From Octopus vulgaris (taxonomy: Eukaryota): a stretch of 64,000 nucleotides of DNA. The first letter of the stretch is position 1. Each line of letters starts with the position of its first letter. Where the stretch lies: contig OX597818.1 in NCBI GenBank assembly GCA_951406725.2, positions 133,362,001 through 133,426,000 of the forward strand, given 5' to 3'. The position numbers were made by a program, and so were the translations under genes. The notes under the pieces were generated by a model. That model saw only the letters and a list, made by a program, of their open reading frames with translations. It did not search any database and was not told where the DNA came from. Positions 54,473 to 64,000 of this stretch are shown in pieces.

Positions 54473-55919
54473 CTGCCAACAAAAACAAGAAGAAATAAAA
54501 AAAGAAAAAAGATATTTAGATGAGTTTCAATTTACTATATTATCATGTATCACAAACATTCACTTTATGATTATGTCCTTTAATTATCTTGCGGGCAACT
54601 AATTTCAAAAAGACCTTTAATGCTCTGATGAAGTTGAATTAATGTGCAATTCCATACCATAGGGGAGTATATCTACAAAAGCAGACCTATCCAAAAATAG
54701 CCTTAAATAATCAAGCAATCATATTTTTTAAACAAACTGCAATAATGTGTTTTTAATCAGATATATTTGTCAAAATAAATGTTTTAGCATAACTTTACAC
54801 ATTGATGTTCAAAAGAATTTCTAACAATGTATTTTATTCCATTTTAATTCATTATAATTTTAGTTGAAATAAAAACACAATTCACTTCATTTCTTTTTGC
54901 ATTTCAATAAAATTTATGCACAGAATACAATCCCAGATACCATTTCATGACATGCAAATCTTAATATATGTCCATATCAGTATATTACATGTGTATGTAC
55001 TTATACATATGTATATAAATGTATAAAAGACAGACATGTATACATATATATAAGTATATATGTCTATCACTTATTTTATGGGTGTGCATGTATATGTGTC
55101 AATATGTGCATATATATATATATATGTTTGCTTTGAGGTTTATTAAAATTTTTCTAATGGAGTGCAAGCTGGTCACTAACAAAGTGACAAAAACTTGTTT
55201 TTATGCATGTATTATGTAAGTATTTATTTGTGTATGTATACATTGATTGCTCTTTTTCTGACTTTATTTAATGAACTGTGGCCATGCTGTATATTACGTC
55301 ACTATTTCACTCTTCGTAGCCCCCAAATTTACATTCTTCAATAAGCTACTGTTACCTATCTTATGTAATTAACGTAGCTTCATTTCAAATATAAACAAAT
55401 AAAGTAGCAGGATCCGTAGAAAACCAAATTAAACACACAAAAGAAGACATTTATTCAGTTACTCCCTTGTTCTAAATTTATATACTCACCATAGTTAAAT
55501 GTCCATTTCTTTCCCCAGGTGACAATAAAATAACTACCAGTCATGCATGGAGGTTGTTTATACACAACCCAAATCTACAAGTACATGTCCACTCTTCAAT
55601 TTTATAAAAATAAATCGATATATCTTAACTTATATTTCTATTTCAGGAAAACTTTGTATTTCATCAATCTTTTATGGTGAATTGGCAGAATTTAGAGTGT
55701 CAAGCAAGATGCTTCTTAGTATCCAATTCAATTCTTTGCATTCTGATAATAATGCCTGCAACAATACTGATGCCAAGCATTGGTATCGTGGTGAAGGGAA
55801 ACTTGCATGCCTGGGTAACTGCCAGCCTTTTTTACAAAATAAATCAATCTTGTGCAAGCCTACACATACATATGCAAATGCATAGTCTATCGTGGCCAGT
55901 GAGGGACCTATATACATAA

Positions 55920-55985
<66 letters not shown>

Positions 55986-55988
55986 TCG

Positions 55989-56025
<37 letters not shown>

Positions 56026-56459
56026 ATATTAATATAAATGATAAGCAAAGGCAGTGAACTGGCAGAATTGTTACCATGCTGGGTAAAATGTTTAGTACCA
56101 TTTCGTCTGTCTTTACATACTGAGTTCAAATTCCACTGAGGTCGACTTTGCCTTTCATCTTTTCAGGGTTGATAAAATAAGTATCAGTTGATCACTGGGG
56201 TTGATGTAAACAACTTACTCCTCCCCAACAAATTGCTGGCCTTATGCCAAAATTTGAAAGCAACATTAATGATAAACAGATCAGAAATACATCTGCTGCT
56301 GTGTAGGATACCAGCCAGTTTTCCAGTAACATTTCCAAACAGCCTAATTCTGATTCCAAGAAGATTGACAGAGTGAAGAAAGTATGGCTAATGCTCATTT
56401 CAAATGCACTATGAATTATGCACAACAGATTTGAAATTAATATCTAAGAATGCCTTTCT

Positions 56460-56872
56460 TTTTCTTTTTTCTTTTTTACTTGTTTCAGTCATTTGACCAC
56501 GGCCATGCTGGAGCACCGCCTTTAGTCGAGCAAATTGACCCCGGGACTTATTCTTTGTAAGCCCAGGACTTATTCTATCAGTCTCTTTTTGCCGAACCGC
56601 TAAGTGACGGGGACGTAAACACACCAGCATCGGTTGTCAAGCAATGCTAGGGGGACAAACACAGACACACAAACATATACACATACATATATATATATAT
56701 ATATATACATATATACGACAGGCTTCTTTCAGTTTCCGTCTACCAAATCCACTCACAAGGCATTGGTCGGCCCGGGGCTATAGCAGAAGACACTTGCCCA
56801 AGATGCCACGCAGTGGGACTGAACCTGGAACCATGTGGTTGGTTAGCAAGCTACTTACCACACAGCCACTCC
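56460..56872 (-). mobile_element. SINE family B
   Basis: Near-consensus family B sequence. Confidence 0.85.
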
Positions 56873-57109
56873 TTACCTCTGCAACTAATCTATTTCTCCT
56901 TACAATGAGACAATCCTTAATTGAGGGTCCTCAATTGGAGACTGGGTCCTTATTTATTTCATAAATTCTTTTCAATAATTTAACATTTTTTTCTTTTTCT
57001 TTTGTTGTTTTTTTTTTGTCATATTGGTTTGCTGGGAGTTTAGCAAAGAGTGTGTTACTGAGAAAATGTTAGAACATTTGTTCTAAAACAAATTTGTTTA
57101 TTTTTTCTT

Positions 57110-57488
57110 CTTGCTAACCAACCACATGATTCCGGGTTCAGTCCCACAGCGTGACATCTTGGGCAAGTGTCTTCTGCTATAGCCCCGGGCCGACCAATGC
57201 CTTGTGAGTGGATTTGGTAGACGGAAACTGAAAGAAGCCTGTCGTATATATGTATGTATATATATGTATGTGTGTATGTGTGTGTGTTTGTCCCCCTAGC
57301 ATTGCTTGACAACCGATGCTGGTGTGTTTACGTCCCCGTTACTTAGCGGTTCGGCAAAAGAGACCGATAGAATAAGTACTGGGCTTACAAAGAATAAGTC
57401 CCGGGGTCGATTTGCTCGACTAAAGGCGGTGCTCCAGCATGGCCGCAGCAAATGACTGAAACAAGTAAAAGAGTAAAGAGTAAAGAGT
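57110..57488 (+). mobile_element. SINE family B, slightly 5'-truncated
   Basis: Near-consensus family B sequence. Confidence 0.85.
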
Positions 57489-59540
57489 TATGTTCGTAAT
57501 TTTTACATTTGCATCTCCAATCAGAATTTCCAGGCACTTTTTTTCCCCTTACATAAGAAATAAAATTTTTTTTTTTTTTTAAATCTGTCATTAAAAATAT
57601 AATGAAGAAATCTATAATGAAAGATTAATAACCTTTTTCTGAAACAGTAACTACATTAGCAACAATAATGATAACAGTAATAAAAAAACAACAACAATTA
57701 CGATGATGATGATGATGTTGATGATGATTATGATGATGAATAAAATCCATATATGTGAAATGACAAGTATATGGGGAGATGTAGAATGCGAGTGTGAGAG
57801 ATGGGGCTGAGGGGGAAAAGAGTGTAAATAAGCAAAGCTAATAAGCTGAGTTCAATTAAAGAGGCTGATAATACAGCTTCTGTCACCTACAGGGAAAAGC
57901 AAGACCGTTATTGAAACCATGTACAGGTTTCCATTGATTAGTTAATATCATTTACAAACCATAACACTTCTAATAAAATTTCACACACAACTCTTACTTT
58001 TGTTTCTGCCCATGGTGCAGAGATTTGAGAGCATTTCTGCAACAATTGAATCTCATATTGCTTTTGTTCATACTTATAAATCAATATTTATTTTGCCAAA
58101 GAACAAACTGTGAGTTGTATCAAGTTTTTCAATGATAATAAAAGTAAAAAGGATAAATTCCGAGAGCAAATAGCGTAAGCATGGAATAAATTTGCTGTAA
58201 ATATAATCAAAGTTTTTAATGATATAATCCTAAAGCAAAAGTAGGTACTTGTAATATATAAAGCTCTGCATGGAAAAGGCTATTTACTTAAGCAGTAAGA
58301 ATGTTGAGTAAAGAAAGGAAGGTATATATAACTACATATTTATATAAAACTATTAAAGGGCTCGATAAGAGATGAAATCTTCATATCAAATATATCTAGC
58401 TATTTAAGGAAATTGCTTTTCATATAAGAATACTTGAAATTTATCAAACGCAAGAAGTTTACAACTCTGCAATATACTTGGTCAGTAATATACAAATGAA
58501 TAAGCAAAAATTCTTTCTGAATTAAATGCAAGATGAAGAATATCTTGCTTGACATCCATGTGGCTTTAGGTTCAACCCCATTGTGTGGCACTTTGACAAG
58601 TGCCCTCTATTATAGCCTCAGATCAAGAAGGCCTTCTGAGTGGATATATATAGCCATTCATACATCATCCTTATCCTCCTCATCATCGTTTAATGTCTGT
58701 TTTCCATGCTGGCATGGGTTGGATGGTTTAACAGGAGCTGACCTGCTGAAGTTGCTGTTCAGGCTCCATGTCTGTTTTGGCATGGTTTCTGTGACTGGAT
58801 GCCCTTCCTAGCAGCAACCACTTTACTGAGTGTACTGGGTACTTTTATGCAGCATCAGCATGGATGCTTTTGATGTGGGCACCAGCACTTATGAGCTTGC
58901 AAGATTAGGGATGCTCAACTGAAGAGGATAGCAAGGGATGAGCCTGTATGCAAGATAACCATGCTTTTACTTAGCTTGATATGTCTTTTCAGGCACAGCA
59001 AACTGCCAGGAGCTCAGTCCCCTGTCATATCCACTGTGACTCCCTACGTTTATAGATCCTTTCTTACCGCATAAATATTAATATACATGCACAGTAAGCA
59101 GTCATTTATACCAATGAATAGAGATACATATGTGCTTAGATATACACACATAGATGTTAGCTTCCCTATGACATGCATGCATTTTTAATATATATATATA
59201 CAAATATATGTATGCAACTTTACACCTTCATTTTCATAAGCACATTATAGGCAACTTTTTCCATATAAATTGTTATATCCCCACACTGTCCCTCATGTGA
59301 TGCACCATTTTACATAATTTAGGTACATCATTTGGTTCTGTAAATGCTGCAGTAGCAACCGGTGCAGAAGGTTTTCTCATATGGGCATTTTGTCCATGCT
59401 GGGATGATTTGAACAGTTTGACAAGCCACAGGACTATGTTGGACTCCAATATCAGTTTTTGCATGGTTTCTATGGCTGGATGCACTTCCATGAACCAACT
59501 GCTTTGCAGTGCATATCCAGTGCATTTTTTGTGAAATACC

Positions 59541-59750
59541 TATTTCTTTACTACCCACAAGGGGCTAAACACAGAGGGGACAAATGGATTAAGTCGATTA
59601 CATCGACCCCAGTGCATAACTGGTACTTAATTTAGCGACCCCGAAAGGATGAAAGTCGACCTCGGCGGAATTTGAACTCAGAACGTAATGGCAGACGAAA
59701 TACGGCTACACATTTCGCCCGGCGTGCTAATGTTTCTGCCAGCTCACCGC
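59541..59750 (-). mobile_element. SINE family C, young copy
   Basis: Family C sequence; TSD GAAATACCT. Confidence 0.85.
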
Positions 59751-61563
59751 TATAGAGGAAATACCTGGCACCCCTCTGCATTCTATGATGGTATATGAGA
59801 GTTGCTACAAAGATGATAAAGATGCTGGTGACAGAGTGCTAGGATGTACCTTCAAGATACAAGAAGATGAATAAAAAGGAGAATATAGTCAGTGGATTAG
59901 CAAGAAAGGAAAGGGTTTGTCTAATGTTTTTATTTCTAATACATTTAAAGTATATGATTTTTGTGCAGTTATATTTCATTATCTCATCTTTTATTTGAGG
60001 AGATATCTTGACTGACATAATTCAGAATTATGAAAGGTTTTGATGGAAGGAACCTCACTGCAGATTACACCTAATACACAAGATTATAGACAGACACATA
60101 ATGTAAAACTATATTATAGATTTGATATTTAATTAATACATACATCCCACCCATCTGAAATGCACATGCAATAATGTAGAAACACATACACAAACTCATG
60201 TAAATGATTATTCTTGGTCATCAATAAAAAATTTGTATTCCAAAGTGACATCAAAAAAAAAAAAAAAAACCCAAGATGATTACCATATATAAAATTAGAA
60301 AATTTCCTAATTTTTTTTTCTAATTTAGCGGATCCAAAAGAGAGAATCTGTTAAATTGTTAAATGCTATTTAAGCAATTACTAATTACCAATTGCTATGA
60401 GTCATCCTCTAAAGATTTCATGGAAGATTTCCTACTACTATGACTAAGCAAGTTTAGATTGGTCTGGTGCCGTAGTCAAGCTTGCAAGCTCTAGCTTTGA
60501 ACACCTTACGTAAGTTGCATAGAAGCACATTGACAAAGTTATAACCAGTTAGCTGATGTCATTGTATTTGGTTAATGAACTGTAATATCATCTCTCTCAC
60601 TTTTCATAATAATCTCCCAAGGATCTTCTCCAGTTCCTTTCATTTTCAACCATACACATCTCATTTTAGAATTATTTCTCTAGCCAACAAAGACCAACTA
60701 ATGGAAATTTGAAATAAAAAAAGCAAAACACCAGCATTAACACCCCATTTAAATCATTTCTATTATGCTATTACCACCTAAACAATATTATGTAACAAGA
60801 AATGGTTACTTAAAATTGAGGCATGAGATGTTCCTTTGCTTTATTTCTAAAAGAATTAATAAAAAAAATAATTGTGAGAAATAGACACTCTTTACAAATA
60901 CAGCATGAGTAAAATAGTTGTTCTTTCTCTTTACAACTGTATATTTATATATTTTTTGATAATTATACGAATTCAAATATCTTTGTAAAAGTTTAATGAC
61001 AGGTAGTATATAGGTAGTTATGTAGCTATTTCTCTTAATACCAGTTAACAGTAAAGTGAAGATGTATAAGTTGTAATAGTTATTTAGCCAAGGTTCTATC
61101 CTATTAGACACTCCTAAAACCAACAGTTTTCCAGCTTTGCCCATCCTATTTTAGAGGAAATATTTATCCCCACTTAAACGTGGCTGTTCTGTTAGAACAA
61201 ACTATACTGTGGTAGATATCATGAGAGAAACTCTTATTTTGGCTTTAGGTGTAAAATGAACTTTTGTTTATGTGGCTAGTAGAGAGCTAGATCCCTTCCA
61301 CCTCCAGTACCAAGACCACCAGATCACGTGATTTCGACCTTCCTTGGTTTTGTCAATGATGGACGCTTGACCACTAGAGATAGCAGTGACTCATACACCC
61401 ATCAATGATATATAGAAAAAATAGTGCTAGAACAGTTGCTGGTATTACAATTAGCCAGTGAACTTGTTAAAAAATATATATTAGCAACAGAGGCAGTATA
61501 TATACTGAGATATAATATTTATCCCCACTTAAACATGGATGTTCAGTTAGAACAAACTATACT

Positions 61564-61967
61564 CTTTACACTTTTACTCTTTTACTTGTTTCAGTCATTT
61601 GATTGTGCCATGCTGGAGCACCGCTTTTAGTCAAGCAAATCGACCCCAGGACTTATTCTTTGTCAACCCAGTACTTATTCTTTCGGTCTCTTTTGCCGAA
61701 CCGCTAAGTAACGGGGACATAAACACACCAGCATCGGTTGTCAAGCAATGCTAGGGGACAAACACAGACACACAAACATACCACACACATATATATATAC
61801 ATATATACGACAGGAGCTTCTTTCAGTTTCCATCTACCAAATCCACTCACAAGGCTTTGGTCGGCCCGAGGCTATAGCAGAAGACACTTGCCCAAGATGC
61901 CACGCAGTGGGACTGAACCTGGAACCATGTGGTTGGTTAGCAAGCTACTTACCACACAGCCACTCCT
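61564..61967 (-). mobile_element. SINE family B inserted in the second copy of a local 220-bp duplication
   Basis: Family B sequence splitting ...AACTATACT / ACTGTGGTAGAT... Confidence 0.85.
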
Positions 61968-62940
61968 ACTGTGGTAGATACCATGAGAGAAACTCTCATA
62001 CTGGCTTTTGGTGCAAAATGCACTCTTATTTATATTGCTAGTGGGAAGATAAGTCTCCAACACCTCCAGCACCGAGATCACCAGATCATGTGATTTCGAC
62101 CTGCCTTGGTCTTGTCAATGATGGATGCTTGACTGCTAGAAAGAGTAGATATTCTATTTTAATTCAAATGGCATGAACCTGACTACATTATCACTGGGCT
62201 ATTTTCTTTTTTAAGATGTAATGTAAAGGCAGTATGGTTGTTATTTGTAACTGGTGCAGTAATTATATAGAGATTCCTTCATTCTATTAGGGGGGCAATA
62301 TATTTTCAGCTAAATGTATTGAAACAAGTGTTAGTACTACTATTATGCTCCTTAGTTAAATGCTGAGCAATCTACCTATAAGTGATGGGATTTGAGCTTA
62401 GAAATCAGTTCAGCATGTTAATCCACATGAATTATTTACAGTTATTTTACAGTGCGGGTGGCACATAAAAAGCACCCACTACACTCACGGAGTGGTTGGC
62501 GTTAGGAAGGGCATCCAGCCATAGAAACACTGCCAGATCTGACTGGGCCTGATGAAGCCTTCCAGCTTCACAGACCCCAGTTGAACCGCCCAACCCATGC
62601 TAGCATGGAAAGCAGACGCTAAATGATGATGATTTTCAAATAAGAAAAATGAGATAAAAGAACAAACTTAAAACTTGAAAAGTAAAATTAGAAAACAAAT
62701 TCAGCATTTACCAGTTAAGATCTACACACCTTTCTATTGGTTATCTTAAACAAAGATAATCAGAAAAATGTCTGTAACTAAAATGTGGGTAACACTGTAG
62801 AGCAAGTAACACAGTTTCAATTCCTAGAAGTAGATTTACTTCACTTAAACAGCTACTGTTCTTGAGAAAGGTATGACTGATAGAAAATTTCATGCATGTT
62901 ACATTGAGGAAACCAATAATCATAACTACAATATAATGAA

Positions 62941-63323
62941 CTAGCAGTATCGCCCAGCGTTGCTCGGGTTTGTAAGGGAAATAACTATATAAGCATTTTT
63001 AGAGAGTTATAGCCAAAAAATAACAAAAATGCATTAAAAATGGAAAAAAAATGATGGTGAATTTTTTTTTAAATCGTAGACATTTTTAGAGAGTTACTTC
63101 CCTTATATGATAGCGAAAAATGCATTAAAATGGAAAAAATGATTTAAAATTTTTTTTTAAATCGTAGACTCATCGTAGACGCGCGCTAATACCCAGAAGG
63201 GCTCGATATGAATCATGACTATAAGATACCCGGTTTTAGTTAAACTGCACCGTAAAATGTGGGAGTAGTTAGGAATCTAAATCGTAGGAGACAGACACAC
63301 AACTTCTCTTTTATATATAAAGA
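62941..63323 (-). mobile_element. Non-autonomous Helitron
   Basis: Minus strand begins A|TCTTTATATATAAAAGAG and ends CCCGAGCAACGCTGGG (hairpin) ...CTAG|T; no TSD; internal ~100-bp duplication. Confidence 0.85.
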
Positions 63324-63804
63324 TATTGTAAAGTATGTTTGACAAAATAAATATTGCTTTCAGTTCAAAGTTAAAAATACAAAATGAATCCGGGGAAGAT
63401 TTGAACTCAAGATGCAAAGAAAGAGACAAAACTAATAACAGCTCAGCAAATTTCTACCAATCAAGATGATCACTTCATAACTATGTGGCTTAGGGTATAA
63501 TTCTACTATGCGGCACATCAAAGAGCTATCTTCTGTCATTGCCTCAAGTAATCTGATACCTTGTGAGCACAATTTGGGAGACAGAGACTGTACAGAAGCC
63601 TGTTGAATATGCTTTACTTGCTTCATGATTGAATACTAGAAAATTTAATTGATAACAGATATATAAGTGTTCATCATGTATTGACTATAAAAAAAATAGT
63701 CAAATATTGGGGCATATAAGCCCTCAAGAGAAAAAAAATGGGTATTAATACATGTGGGAAATGAACCTACACCTCTTATTTTCCCATTTATCTATCTATC
63801 TGTA

Positions 63805-63837
<33 letters not shown>

Positions 63838-64000
63838 CATGTGATCACGTGACCGACCAGGCCATCAGATGTTGTTACACATCGCTGGTCACAATGCACT
63901 TCGCATTATTTTAGCCTTCAATGACGCCACCCCGCTGGCTAAGCGAGCAGACCAACAGAAGAAAGAGTGAGAGAAAGTTGTGGTGAAAGAGTACAGCAGG
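63838..64000 (-). mobile_element. SINE family A 3' part with alternative tail, runs off window
   Basis: GAGTGAGAGAAAGTTGTGGTGAAAGAGTACAGCAGG shared with family A; tail shared with 15244-15290. Confidence 0.75.

Noticed and set aside
55547-55919. 112-aa and 81-aa ORFs
   Set aside because: Partly a decayed SINE C head; no recognisable protein features.

Overview
AT-rich, repeat-dense eukaryotic DNA with no prokaryotic-type genes, rRNA, true tRNA or CRISPR. The SINE, LINE and microsatellite content resembles an Octopus (coleoid cephalopod) genome; this is recalled similarity, not a search result. Most recognisable sequence is transposon-derived: at least three tRNA-derived SINE families (called A, B, C here), RTE, CR1 and Dong/R4-type LINE remnants, a hAT and a mariner transposase relic, piggyBac-like and mariner-like MITEs, and a non-autonomous Helitron. 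Long (TA)/(CA)/(AAT)/(GAA) microsatellites generate most of the listed ORFs. The window probably lies inside a large minus-strand host gene: very short exon candidates (12-60 nt), most with strong acceptors, can be spliced into one open reading frame, but the protein is not recognised. Other unusual structures are an 87-bp tandem array amplified from an RTE 3' UTR and open on both strands, SINE insertions whose target ends match the SINE's own tail, head/tail shuffling among SINEs, and several fold-back hairpins. All host-gene calls are hypotheses needing RNA-seq.
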